Positions 13,239-26,998 of a stretch of DNA of 64,000 nt are shown here, one piece after another (position 1 is the first letter of the stretch; each line of letters opens with the position of its first letter). Under the pieces are notes generated by a model that made no database searches, had not been told where the DNA came from, and saw nothing but the letters and a program-made list of their open reading frames with translations. The position numbers and the translations under genes were made by a program. The stretch is from contig CM022665.1 in assembly GCA_012295275.1 (NCBI GenBank), forward strand, positions 7,936,001 to 8,000,000, given 5' to 3'. Origin of the DNA: Chrysomallon squamiferum (taxonomy: Eukaryota > Animalia > Mollusca).

Positions 13239-14857
13239 ATGACCACATTGATTAGTAATGTGCAACTGCTTGTTTTGTGACAGTTTTATAAGCTGGTTTG
13301 AACATTAACAAAGGCCACATTTTTATTTCATCACTGGGCTCTTATTAACATGGTAATCCAGACTGATGTCACATTGTTGAGAGAATATCAACTAAATAAA
13401 ACAACCTTGGTGCTTGTTAAAGAAGGCAGATATCTTTTAGCCTCCATCAGCAATATATAGAATATAGTAACAGCTGGAATTTTTCCCAGTTTAACTCATT
13501 ATAATCTAGTCATTATCTAATACACTTAATGAAAACAAAATACATTTGAGCATTTTGTTTATAATGTAAAAAAGATATCTTCATACATTGATGTAAATAA
13601 TTATTAAAATGTACTCAACATGAATGTACATAATATGTATTTATATATGTATTTACATATATTTATATTCACTATTTATTCACTTTGTAGATTCCTCTCT
13701 TATATTAAGGATGTCTTTTTAATTTTTTTTATTATTTCTTTAAAAAAAATTAGCGATGATATTAATCTATTCTCATCTTCCTTTTCAAAGTTCTTCCAAA
13801 TTTTGCTATAACTTTATTAGTATCTAAACTACAACTATTTTGATGCATGTGTAGACAAATAATTATGATTTAATACCAAATGTCTTCTCTCTGTATCAGA
13901 AAAGATTTATATGTAAAAAGTATTTTGTTAATTAATATTTTAACAAACCCAGATAATAATGTCAAATTAAGAAAAATTTTAATAATTTGTTTTGGATGTA
14001 TTTATTATTCAATTTTAAAAGCTTTAAATAAAATCTCATTGTAATTTATTGAATAAAAAGGTGCTATAAACATTTGACAATAAACAGTTTAGAAAACTAC
14101 ATAACAAATCATTTTACTTCAAGTTACATCTTATAATTTTAACATCAACCTTAAAAATTAATGTCATGTAATAATTTGTAATTTTATTTTTGCTACAAAA
14201 TGGAATTATTTTTGTTTTCTGATACAAAATATTACGTTAAAATTAGTCAACCACATAAATAAAAACAGCTGTGCAAAATATAATGGAAAATGATGAACAT
14301 ATGTAATGATACAGCTTTATCGTTAATACCTTGAAAATGAAATATTACTCTAAATTTAAACATAATGTTGCTGATGCTTTACCTTAATACTTAATCTTAA
14401 CACAAAACCATATTAATACATTACTTCTCACATACAGCATGACAGATATGCAATCTGATTGCTACCTTGTCGTTCATATAGCAGAACTGATACATAGCTT
14501 TCATACATAGTAAAAGTAATAATAATATTTTGCCCTTTATATATGATGTGACTAATATTTCATAAAAAAAAAAGAATTCAACTATAAAATGATTGATAAC
14601 ATACTTTCCATACATAATATGGTTGATAAGCTAACCTTTATACATAATATAACTGAGATCTTACCCTTTGTATGTGATTAATACCTATGTACTAATATAT
14701 TACTCACATACAATACTTAAAATAATTCCATTTGACCAAAATAGAGCAATACCATTTCAATCCATATTAAGCATATGTTTTTGAACCATTATTTGTTGAA
14801 AGAAAAAGAAATCCCTTAGCAATCATCATAACACAACAATCATAGAAATTCACATAG

Positions 14858-14888
<31 letters not shown>

Positions 14889-15840
14889 CCTGTGTTATTT
14901 TAATATCTGTCAAGTTAAATGACCAGAACAGCATCATTGCCTCATTGGTGGAATATTTTTAATATTTTCATTTAATTCAGTGTAAAGCGATGGCTAATGC
15001 TTGAATATTATATAATATGATGTATCAACATTATTAATGTTGGTCATTGTATTAATCTAATTTATCATTATACCTACTTTTAGTCATTCATAATAAGCCC
15101 TTCCTTTAGACAGTTTTTGACCATATTAGTTCTATTACCTTGTTCGGTTAAAAATACCCAAAATCAGTTTAAAATATCTGCTGACAATAGTTATTCACTA
15201 AAGAGAATGTCATGCTATAAATTGTCATGCAAACATGACTTGAGTAACAAAAATACAATAATGAAAGAAAAACAGCTATAATAACTTATAAAGCATAATC
15301 TGGTATCTTATTTAAATAAAATTTTAAATAGTATTTTTTATAATAATCATTTTATATATATATATGTAAAAATACAGACAGAGAGACACAAACACACATA
15401 TCATCATCATCATTATAATTATTATTTTTAATATAAATACACTGTTATAAAGGTTTTGTATTAATGTTACAGTATTAAATAATGAATCAGTGACAAGTGC
15501 AGTAACAATCATAAAACTGAAGTGAAATAATTGTGCAATACACAATATGATCAGTATTCATTATATTAATGTCTTAAATCAGTATAGACATTTTTACGTT
15601 TTGTACATTTATTTATTATAAATACCTTTTTTTTATACTTACACACATAAATTATTATGCTTTTCATGATTATTTATATAAATAATTCTAGTCATTTTTG
15701 GTTTTTCACTTTAAACCATGTTCTATGGATGTAACTGCTTATATATATATATTTTTATTGAATTAACAGCTTCATATTTATATATTAATTGAATTAACAG
15801 TGCATTAAATATATATATATATGTATGTAGACATGTATGT

Positions 15841-15880
15841 AGTGTGTGTTTGTGTGTGTGTGCACACACACACACACACT
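15841..15880. repeat. Palindromic (TG)n-(CA)n microsatellite
   Basis: agtgtgtgtttgtgtgtgtgtg immediately followed by cacacacacacacacact. Confidence 0.85.
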
Positions 15881-16332
15881 AGCAGGACTGGTTTTGCAAA
15901 TGCAAAATTTTATGAAAAATGCATTTGTATAAAAGAATTTGATATGTGGAATTTTGCATTAGGGAAAATTAATTTTATAAATAGTCTTTATTGATTATGA
16001 ATGTCAAGACTGAAATTTTATAAATTAATAACACAAAAATATGTCAGAATGATTAATTCAATTTTATGACATTTTTTTATGTCAGACTAACCACTTAAAG
16101 AGAAAATCTTCACATTATAACTATACTGGATGACTTGTGTAACAAAATCAGAAACTTTGCTCAGCACATGTTTGCTTTGTCAGTGTTTAAATAATCCACT
16201 ATACACCCATTTTAATTACAGGTCTTCAAATACTCCATGATATAGAAAGATTCATTTTTTATCTCCAATTATTTTATTTTTGTTGATTTATTTTTTATTT
16301 TTTAATTTTTTATTTACTTACATATTTATTTA

Positions 16333-16363
<31 letters not shown>

Positions 16364-16564
16364 TATATTTAGCACCAAACTTGTCTATGTTTTGTAACTT
16401 TGTACATTTTATATTTCATTATCTTGTCTATGTTAGTATGTTATAAATGTTTTTACTACTAGTTCACTTTGTGCCTGAAAACAGATTTTCATATATATTC
16501 TAATATTTAAATAAATATAAATATATAAATATAGACACACATACTTTCATACACAAACACATGT

Positions 16565-16660
16565 ATATGTGTGAGTGTTTGAGTGTGTGAATGTGTGTGT
16601 GTGTGTGTGTGTGTGTGTACACGTGTGTATATATGTGCATGTGTGTGTGTTTATATATGT
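16565..16660. repeat. Compound (TG)n/(TA)n microsatellite
   Basis: gtgtgtgtgt... core at about 16593-16618 with degenerate flanks. Confidence 0.85.
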
Positions 16661-18660
16661 ATATATTCAGATTCTAAATTTATCTTTTGAAATTAAAATG
16701 ATATCTTTTAGAAATTTAATTTTTTGTGATTGCAATAACAAAAAAAAAAAAAAAAAAAAAGAAATAAAATTAAAAAAAACTCAGTTTCATAAAAACAAAT
16801 ATATTACATTTTATTGTTTTATATTTCCACATAGTCTATACATGAAAATCTGTGAATATTTTTTTATTTTTTTTTTTTTTTTATTTCATTGTTGTAAGTT
16901 TATTATGATTGAAGGTTCTCAAGTATTTCTCAATAACTTACATGTACAAGTACAGAATTATTTATCCAGCAAGCTTGATACCAAAGGTGGTCTGGATTTC
17001 TGAATTTGTCCTATTTCTGGATACTGACTAAATATATACTTAAAATATAAAATAAACAATGAAAAGTAAAGAATGAAATTGTATTTAACAAATTAATACA
17101 CTTCTAAAGCAGAGTTTGTTTCATCTTTATTAATCAGCGTATTTGTTAAAATACCTGTAGAGAATACACTTTTCACTAAGCAAGCTGTATTTCAGCTAGG
17201 CTTTTATACACGGTAATAAATGAAAGTAAGTGACAGTAAACTGAAACAAGTAATAGCTTAGTGTGAGATGATTATCAATAAACAACAACAGTCACAGCAA
17301 CTAGCACAGTGTTCAAATTCAGAAGTAGTCAGTTTTCTGCATTCTCATGTTTACAGGAAGCCAGATATACATGGATTCAGTAATTATAAACAACCAGTAT
17401 AATACCAATTATGTATGACCCTGATGCAGGCATTTGTTTAAAATGTTAACTCTCGTATGCAGAGCTTAATCGTAGAGAAAATCTTCAAAATGAGAACTAA
17501 TAATCTTTTTAAATGAACTCACACAAACAAAGACAAAAACCTACAAATAAAAGATTAACTTACTAAATTAATCCAAACCAAAAAAAAAGAAAAAAAAAAA
17601 AAAAAATTAATTTAAAATTATACTATAACTAATTGAATAGGGTCAATGATGATGAAAAGAAATTTAAGAACAAAGACTTTTTTGTCCTAATAAAAAAAAA
17701 AAAAAAATCTGTAGATCATTATTTAGTGATTATCTTTTCTCTAGATAATTAAAACATAAAGACTCTGTTCAGTGGTAATTCCAACATTATTAAAATCCTA
17801 ATTTAAACAAGTGTGATAGTTTTCATTCAGCATAGTATGCAAGAATCTAAAAATTTAAATAAATTCCCAAAAGAATAAATTTTAAAATGTATATATATAT
17901 ATATATTGATTGAAAAATGGCAGCTTGATTACTTTAGAAAAGTATTCATTGTGAATACTAATACATGTATATCTGTGAAAGTGTTTAGTGAATTTGTTAA
18001 GCTCTGTGTTTGTATATCTGTTAGTGCTGTACACACTAAGTCTCTATATGCATATGTAAATATATATATTTGTACAAGCTGTTGTGTATTTGTAATAAAA
18101 GAGAGTTGTCAAGTACGTTTATTATGTACAGAAATTTTAAAAATTCTTTATTCTAAAAATTATGTTCTAACAGCGAAAACTAACTTCTGCTTTTTAAGGT
18201 CAAAATGGGTCTTCTGTTTAAGCATCCCCAAAATTAAATTTTCAGATAATTAATTCAATTAATACATTATATTTGAAATTAATCTTATTGTATAAAAAGC
18301 ATGAAACATATTAATCACTGTTTCATATTATATATGACATATGTAATTTTCATTATATTGAAAATAAAATAGCTTAGAGTTTTTAATATAGTATAATACT
18401 ATAGTAGTTATATCTTTTAAATGTTAATTGCACAAATATATCCAATCTCACACAATGTATTACATGTAGTGAATATTTGTTTTTATTGTATTAAACTTTG
18501 ACTATGCAATATTTAATTTTATATCTGCACATACTGTGCCTAAATAATCTGTATTATACTGCTAATATTTATGTATTATGTGATGTTTGTAGTTGTCATT
18601 TATTTATATTATACTTGTATTCTTCAACTTCAGGAAACTTTTGTAACCAAAGTAAGTCAT

Positions 18661-18666
18661 AATAAA
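18661..18666 (+). other. Candidate distal polyadenylation signal for receptor A
   Basis: AATAAA preceded by TGTA-rich sequence and followed ~25 nt later by a T/GT-rich tract (ttgtctttttaattattttgttg); other AATAAA sites exist upstream, so not unique. Confidence 0.3.
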
Positions 18667-20219
18667 CATTTCTGTGTAGAAATTCAGGAATTGTCTTTTT
18701 AATTATTTTGTTGATAAATGTGACCAGGGACATCAAAACAAAACAAGTTGCATGTGAGAATTTCTCAGTAAATGCATGTTATCTTCTACATGCTGTGCAA
18801 TCATTAATATGTATGTATATCAGCGACTAAAGTTATCAGTATGAGGAATGATTTTAAATCATTGATGATGTCAATTTGATTGAAAACATCTGTTTGAAAA
18901 TATTGGTCTCTTTGAACCATTCCACCAAGACACAAAAGTTTAAATGCAAATTTGTTAATCTAATTTTGTCATTTGCTAGTCTAAATGGCAGACTATTAGT
19001 GATGAACAATATTGATTTCAACAAGGTTATTCCCCTTTAGCTAAAACAACAAATTATAGACTATAACGACACAAATTCATAAAAGTTTATAAAAGCCTAA
19101 AACACTAAATAACACTGAAATCATTTGCTGAAACTGATCGGTCACTATAATTCAAACCTTCCTACCAGTAGGTCTAAAGTCAAGCCACTTTCTGTTATTA
19201 CACACTGATATAAACTGATTTTCATATGATTTAAATTGATTATACTGAAAAGGCTGTACCTGTATAAGTAGATAATTTATTATGCAACCTGTATTTGAAT
19301 GTTGACAGTTTGCAAGATAAACAGTGATAATACTAGGAGAAATGCTACACGGAAGTTATTTTGTTTGTTTACTTAATCATAATTAATCTTTTTCTGGTAT
19401 CTGGTATTAACTAAAAATCAAGTTTGAAACAATATACTCTGAACTGCAGCAGATGCAAACTATTAGGTAGAATTATGTATTTATTATTAATTTTATTATG
19501 GCAGTATCATTGTCCAGTATAACTGTCATTTTGATCTGTTGATACATAATACATGCAAAAACAATATGAAATCTATAAACAAAACTATTAAAATAGTGAA
19601 AATGTTCATGAAATTTCTGGTTCTGTGATGTAAATCAAACATAAATTTACATTCATGCTTGTGCATATTCTTTGCTTATCTACATAGTTAAAACTAGCTC
19701 ATTAGTAGTTTATCCATATTTTCAAAAATATATTCATATTAGAATTTTTTCATGATGTTTTATCCACAACTTCAACCATTGCTTTCATTATTTAATTTAA
19801 TTTATTTTATTCTTTAAAATTTTATTATTATTATTATTATTATTATTATAACTATTTTATCTTCAAATTTGTATTATTAAAAATTATGGCATTCCTTCTT
19901 CATTTTATTATTATTATCTTCACTATCATCATCACATCAAATAATTTCCTTGTGAGCACCTAAAAATACAATATCAACTCTTTTGCAATTTTTAAATGTT
20001 CATTAGATGTCAGACATGAGCATTAAAGTTAATTCATTTTTGATGGTTAATGATCATTTAAATTTTATACAGAGAGCAAACTGTACACAGTGACAAATGG
20101 CAACAGGAAATAAATAATTCGTACTGCCAACCAAAAATTTACTTTATTTCTGATATTTCATCAAACTGAAAACAGTCCAGTCATATATACATTGAATAAA
20201 AATAAATAAATAAAAATGA

Positions 20220-20222
<3 letters not shown>

Positions 20223-20270
<48 letters not shown>
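20223..20270. repeat. (CA)n microsatellite ~230 bp upstream of receptor B start codon
   Basis: Perfect CA run of 48 bp. Confidence 0.95.
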
Positions 20271-20271
<1 letters not shown>

Positions 20272-20496
20272 TAATTATTAGTTATTTGTGTATCTGTTTA
20301 AACTGTTAATCTGACAACAGATATAGTTAGTTAGTATCTTGGAGAAAAAGCAATGTTAATGATATGGACCAACTCAGGAAGTTAAATGCTCTAGCTACAT
20401 TTGTTAAACTTGATTATTTCCTATCAGTCACTGCTGAACGCTGGACTTGAAACAGAGAAAATAAAATTAAGAATTTAGAGTATACTGTAGAAAAAG

Positions 20497-23400
20497 ATGA
20501 TTTTGAGCATATTTTCAATAGCACTGATAATCCAGGGATTTGTCTGTTTTTCCAAACGTGAGTAAATATAATTTAATTAAAGAATTCAGATGATATTAAA
20601 AATAACAAATGACTGATAGAATTATGTTTATCATGTTGTAAATGAGCTGATATTCATTTAAATTTTAATGATGATTTATATTAATTCTTAAATTGTCTGA
20701 AATAGTAGCAATTTTTATTTCATTTTCTGGTTTATTAAAGTGATATAAGTAATTAATTTTTTTAATTGTTTTGCTCATACTGTTACTGTGATAAAACACA
20801 CAGAGACAGAAAGAGAGAAAGAGAGAATTAAGGCTTGTAAAATATTTACAGTGTTTCAATGTATAATTTGAACATGAAATTAAAATAATTGAAAATCTAA
20901 TTTATGTCTTGTTTCAGAAGAGGTTTCACATCAGTGCATTGACTTTCCTTCATTTGCAACAAAATCGCATTGTACACAGTATTTAGGTCTAACGCATTTC
21001 AGTTTAATATTGAATTACCCAAAACAATGTCATTCAAGTCAGCGTTTGGCTCCACGATCTTTGATATTTGGAACATTTCTACCACACAGCGAATGTGATG
21101 ATTATTACAAGACAAACCAGCAGCATACTGATGCAAGTCTGAATGAACAGTGCTGTAAAACAAATATCAATGGATCTTGCTACAGTTACTTGATACCAAT
21201 AACCAGGGATCAGAATGACATCATGTCTGTCAAAGACCAAATAGCTAAAAGATGTACTGGTGTTTTGGGTAATCAATTACAAAACTGTAACTTCAATTTC
21301 TCGCGTTTTCATCTACCGTCTTCACCGTTTCAGTATGTTTCATTTGCCGTGGACTGCATTGACAGTAAGTTTCCTTTTTTTATAGCTAATAATGTTTTAA
21401 TACCTTTTCTCAAATCTAATACTTTTATCCTGAATGATCACAAAAGTTATTTAAAAATAATCTTTTTTTGATACATTCTTCTTTCTCTTCATACTTTTGT
21501 CATTATTATTTATCTTTTATCTGCAACATTTAGTGTTCTGGTTTTATTGTCATTGTTATGTTTTAAGTAGTATGTATATTATTTTGAAACAATACACTCT
21601 GAATTGCAGCAGATATAAACAGAATCATGTATTCAGTATTATATATATATGTATATCATCTCTTTCCATGGAATGGTCCTTCTTGCTATGACAAATATAT
21701 CAAACTGATAAAACAGCAAAATGATGTAAACTGTCAGTTTTTATTTTTTATTTCTATTAAGTAATTATTTAATTCAAATCTAAACAAAACAGACTAGAAA
21801 TTTCAACATTTAGAAATAAATGTTAAATTTTATTATTTATCTGCAGATTCACAGATTAGAAGTGATTTAAATTATACCACCCTTAGATTATTTTTTCATT
21901 TAATAAATCTTTCATTATTTGTCTACAACTGCATACTTTTGAAAGCAACTCTCATCCTATGTCATTCAAAATAGTGAAACAGTGCAAATAACCTTTCATA
22001 CCACTCATACTACTGTGTGGTAACTTCAACTTTGATTATTTATTTATTTATTAATTAATTAATTTTTTTTTTTATTATTTATTTAATATACATATTTTAG
22101 TATTAATTTCTAATAATGTCATTTTATTTTTAATTAAATTTAGAACATTTTAGAATCTTTACATCATTTTTTTCTTCTTCTTTCTTTCTTTATCATATAT
22201 GTGTGTTTGAAATGTCTAATTTTATTTGTCAGTATATAAAAACATTAATAATATAATAATTAAGAAAATAAATAAATTCTATGAGAATACTAGTACAGAC
22301 AAATGTGTAGCAATGATGCTATGAATTTATCTACAATAAATTAGAAACCTAATAGTCAAAAATATTTTTCAAAGCTGAATTCTGTGTTCGTATTTATTAA
22401 CAATATGCTGGTTTAGTAATTTTAGGTTTACCAATACCAGCATACAGCATATATAATAATCTGTAAGTTTTTTTTTTTTTACATTTTTATTAATTAAAAT
22501 AATACTGTAAATTATTATTAAATATGAACAGCTGCCTTGATATTTAGCTTCAGTATTGTTTTTTTTTCTGTTATTAATTTTATTCTAAACATAAAAGAAA
22601 AGCGAACTGCACATTTCTGTGTGTTTCTTTTCCTATTCACAGAGAGTACCATTTTTGATTTGGGATCATCCAGTTCACCAGTATCAGGACAAAATGTGTC
22701 GTTTTATTTTGACTCTAGAGGAAACATAACAATGAAGCAGTACTGCAGTGTGTTTTCTGAAAACTGTTATGAGAACATTATTCTCAGAGTCAGTAGCAAC
22801 GGTGCTTCGTGTAACATTACAGTGGATAAACAACAAAAGCTTGTTTGTGGAGATGATAATCGAAAGAATCAAATGACAATAGGCAGTGGTCAATCCCATT
22901 ATTACATTGAAATTGAAGTTGGCTCGAATTCATCAACACCAGTACTTTGGATAGAAGCCAAAGGTGAAATTCACTGATATTTGTTATTCATTTTAAGATG
23001 TAAGATGATGATAAAAAGACACAAACTAGACTGTTAAGCGAAGTTGTAAGGTTTAACAGTATTCAAAACATTTTTAAAAACCTTAAATCATGAATGCATA
23101 ATTATAATAATAATAATTTAAAAAAACATATCCACTCCACATGCAAAATGTATGTCTAAAACACCTAAGCCTAAAAAACAATATGTGATCAAACTCCACA
23201 CTTTATTTAATTAAACAACAGCTGCAACAACAACACAAAGCAACATAAAAATAAAAATAATAATAATAATAATAAAAACAAAAATAATAATAATAATAAA
23301 TGTAATAATAATAACTATAATAATATTAATTAACAACTAGAATGAATTTAAAAAAAAAAAAAAAAATAAAAAAAAAAAAAAAAAAAAAAACGATAATGAA

Positions 23401-25878
23401 TATCTGGTTAAAAAAAAAAAAAAAAAAAAAATGAATTTATTATTAAGTAAAAACTTTCAACTACTAGGACTACAAGAAATGACAAATTGTTTGGAATGTA
23501 GCAAGCTAATTCATATCTCACTTTTATTTCATGTGAAAATTTCATTACTTAGGTACGAAGCATTCTCAACTGAGAGCTAATTGCAGTGACACACCTCTGA
23601 CTATTACACAGACATGTACAACAACAACAGCAAAAACAACGAAATCCTCAAGAACACAGACTTCAACAAACACAGTGACTATTGAGATGATGGCAGAGAC
23701 TAATTCAAAAGGTAAAAATGATATTCTAAATATGTTTGGTGTGCCTATCTATAATTTTATCACTTTGTGGATTTCGAAACTGATCAATTTAGTCCCTTAC
23801 ATTACATAATATTTTTATGCATGATAAACTGGCAAAAAACAAGGCTGGTTTGCACATACAGAAAATTCAACCATTGAAACAACAGCTTTCAAATATGCAT
23901 AAAGTTTGTTCATCAATGTATTTACATGAAGATATCCAACTTATGAAAATTAATAATGGTGAAGAGAAAACTGTAATTTTAATGAGTTATCGTATCGTAA
24001 GTATTAATGTTTACAGAGCCATCATTACTGACTTATAGCTTTGTCTCATTTTCATTTTGTCCAGTCATCTAATGTTGTATAAATTCTACATTTCTAATAG
24101 TTCTTCATAACTGCCTATTTTAAATGTCTGCTTTTAGATAATTGTTATTGATGGCTGCTAAAATTTCCTTGCTGGATTTATTAATATTGTAACCAAAAAG
24201 TTCTGAACTGAATAATATGTTCTAATTCAATATTCATAGTCATTATTATATTGTTCAGTTTCAGTGCAACATAGTTCTGAGTAAATATTTTGAGAATAAT
24301 ACTTTATAGGAAATGCTATTTAAAAAATAAGTTAACTACTTTTTCAGGAGGCATTGGTGCAGGAGGCATAGCTGGAATAATAACTGGAGTGATTGTACTC
24401 GCAGGATGTTGTACTGGCGCTTTTCTCTTCTACAGGCACAGACAAAAAATACATGTATGTATATCAAACACTGCATTTACAATAACAGTATCCTTTTTTA
24501 TAATACATGAAAAACGTCATTTTGTCAATGCTTTATATTCTCATTTATTTTGTTGTTGTTGATTAATCAATTAACAGTATTAGCATTTATCAGTTTGAAA
24601 AAATCCCAGCAGTATTCTTATAGTTTTCATCTTTGTTACTAATTTTTAAAACAGTAATACCATACTTTTTAAGATGTCACTCACTTAAGCAGCAGTTCTA
24701 ACATAGAGATGCATTTATAAATATATACATACATAAATGTGAAGTGTAAAATATGTCATGTACAAGCGTGCAATAAGAGAAATACGTTTCCTGTTTTGTG
24801 AGCATCTGAAATAATGTGAGGCTGTTTTCATTTTATTATTTTTATTATTATGCATATTTTCAGGCTGCCTCTGATGTCCCCAAAGAGACTCAAAAGGTTT
24901 CTATGTCTTTACTATTTTATTTACAGTAATGTCAATGATCCTCATTTCTCTATTAGTCAAATGGGGCACACTGCAAATTTGGTGCACAAATTTTTATGGT
25001 TTGAGGACCAATATATAACAGATCAGCCAGAATTTTAATAACCTGTCTTCAATTACAAGACATTTTTAAAATCTGCTCCAGGTGCTATCAATACAAAATA
25101 TTTCAATGTCTGTCTCTCTGTCCATGTGTCTATTTAAATGTCACATAAGATGGAACATTTAACTGAATGACAGTCAAAAACATATCATTAACATAAATGA
25201 TTTCATTCTAAACCTGCTTCCTCTTTAAGTTCTTAAATGGCAAGAAATTTTGATTGCTGTGTTAATTATTACATTTAAAAAAAAAAAAAAGTAAAAGTAA
25301 AATGAAATAAAAATATATTTTAGCAAGTTTACAAAATTTTAAATTATTATTATTATTTAATTTTCAGAACACTGTAAATAATGATCCAAAAGATGTATTA
25401 ATGAACAAAACTGATACAATAGTGGTAAGTTTTCTAATTAAATCAGATTATTTACAGAAATCACTATTTCGTAATTATTATTTTTAAACATGCCTGATTT
25501 AAACATGTTCAAATTATAAACCAAATAATAATTTAAGAAAAGAAAAGAAAAAAGCACACAGAACATTGACTTTAATGTGAATACATCTGCTTTTGATGTC
25601 AATGAAATAAAATAAGATTTATCTGAAACATACTTGGCCATGTATAAGGATTATGAAGTCAGTTAACCACATCAAATAACACTGATGTAAAGTTACATAT
25701 AAAAAAAAGAAAAAGATAAATTAAAAAACAAAAAAGAGGAAATGTTTGCTTTTATATAAAAAAATAATAATGTAAAATTAGACTTAATAAGAATAATAAT
25801 ATAGACTTCATATTTAATTATTATTATTATTATCATTTTCAGGGTAAGATGCCTGCAGGTACAACACTTCCCCAGTAG
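20497..25878 (+). CDS. Receptor B: 406-aa type I transmembrane protein (signal peptide + degenerate SUEL-like + CUB-like + Thr-rich stalk + TM + short tail); probable diverged paralog of receptor A
   Basis: Exons 20497-20557 (MILSIFSIALIIQGFVCFSK, signal peptide), 20918-21364, 22643-22963, 23553-23711 (TITQTCTTTTAKTTKSSRTQTSTNT), 24348-24454 (TM GIGAGGIAGIITGVIVLAGCCTGAFLFY), 24864-24896, 25368-25424, 25843-25878 (TAG). All GT-AG; total 1221 nt = 407 codons with no internal stop. Confidence 0.8.
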
Positions 25879-26001
25879 AAATACCTTTGAACTTTTGTGT
25901 TCTGTTTATTAGAATACAAACATGCTAAAATGAGTGAATTGAAAGTAGCTATAATTTTTTGTATGACATTAATAAACCAGTATGTAACCAGATAAATATA
26001 C

Positions 26002-26004
<3 letters not shown>

Positions 26005-26045
<41 letters not shown>

Positions 26046-26053
26046 CACACACA
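26005..26053. repeat. (AC)n microsatellite downstream of receptor B stop
   Basis: AC run with one aaaa interruption. Confidence 0.9.
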
Positions 26054-26966
26054 TACATAAAATAAACATGCATATACAAATATACATAATAATATATAAA
26101 GATACACATATAGGCACATTCATACATACACATAATATATACATAGCATTATTATTTGTTTATTACTTAATTATTACTGGTTTTTGTGCTTGATATAACA
26201 AAACGTTTTTATAAAATTACAAAAGGCAAAATTTCTTTAAGATAAAGTGAAATAAATGAAAGATAAATTTCATTATGTATTTAATATATATGACAGGACC
26301 ACATGCAGTTGGTCTGTTTAGTATTATTATAATTGAAATGATTTATGGAGTTGATTAATTAATATTTTAGAATGTATCTCATTATCTATAACTATTTTGT
26401 ATTGTGTGTTTGTGTACACAATTATACATATAAGCTGAAAATAACAATGGAAAAGATTACAAAGTATATGATTTTATTTTGTACATCCGTCCTATTTTAA
26501 CTGTGATATACAAATTTATTTTATTATTATATACAACTGAGCATTATATGCTTTCAATTTATTAAAATTATTTTATTTATTGCAGTTATATTTTGTATTT
26601 TACCGTCTGCTTAATAAACTGTTAAACAATAAACTTGTTGATGTTTTTGATGCTTTGTCAAAATGGTTCATAAAAATGTACTGAAATATATATTTTAGAT
26701 GAATCTGCTTAGATGAACTTAATTTTGTAGAGTTTTTCCCTTTCAAATATGATCACTCAAATATTCTCAGTATTTCTCTATGCAACTCTCCAGTTTAAAG
26801 CACTGTTATTATTATTACAATTATTAATATTAGCATGGGTCAAAACTAGAATGATGCAAGCAAAAATTTTGTTTAATGATCTTATTACATTTTTATTATT
26901 ATTGTTTTCATCATTTATTTTTTCTGTTTATGATTTAATAAAATTACTGTGTATTTTACGAAGATT

Positions 26967-26998
<32 letters not shown>

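Noticed and set aside
12312-13265. Minus-strand ORFs (69, 90 and 162 aa, one with poly-Leu) and an 85-aa alternative-frame ORF overlapping receptor A's last exon
   Set aside because: Shadows of the real coding exon; the poly-Leu is the reverse complement of the polyQ codons.
16575-18253. 142-aa and 115-aa ORFs
   Set aside because: Products of TG microsatellite, poly-A/T runs and AT-rich sequence; no protein-like composition or splice support.
19337-19403. Hydrophobic stretch EKCYTEVILFVYLIIINLFLVSG that looks like a signal-peptide exon
   Set aside because: No in-frame ATG (TAG immediately upstream) and weak splice context; a proper signal exon with ATG and gtgagt donor exists at 20497-20557.
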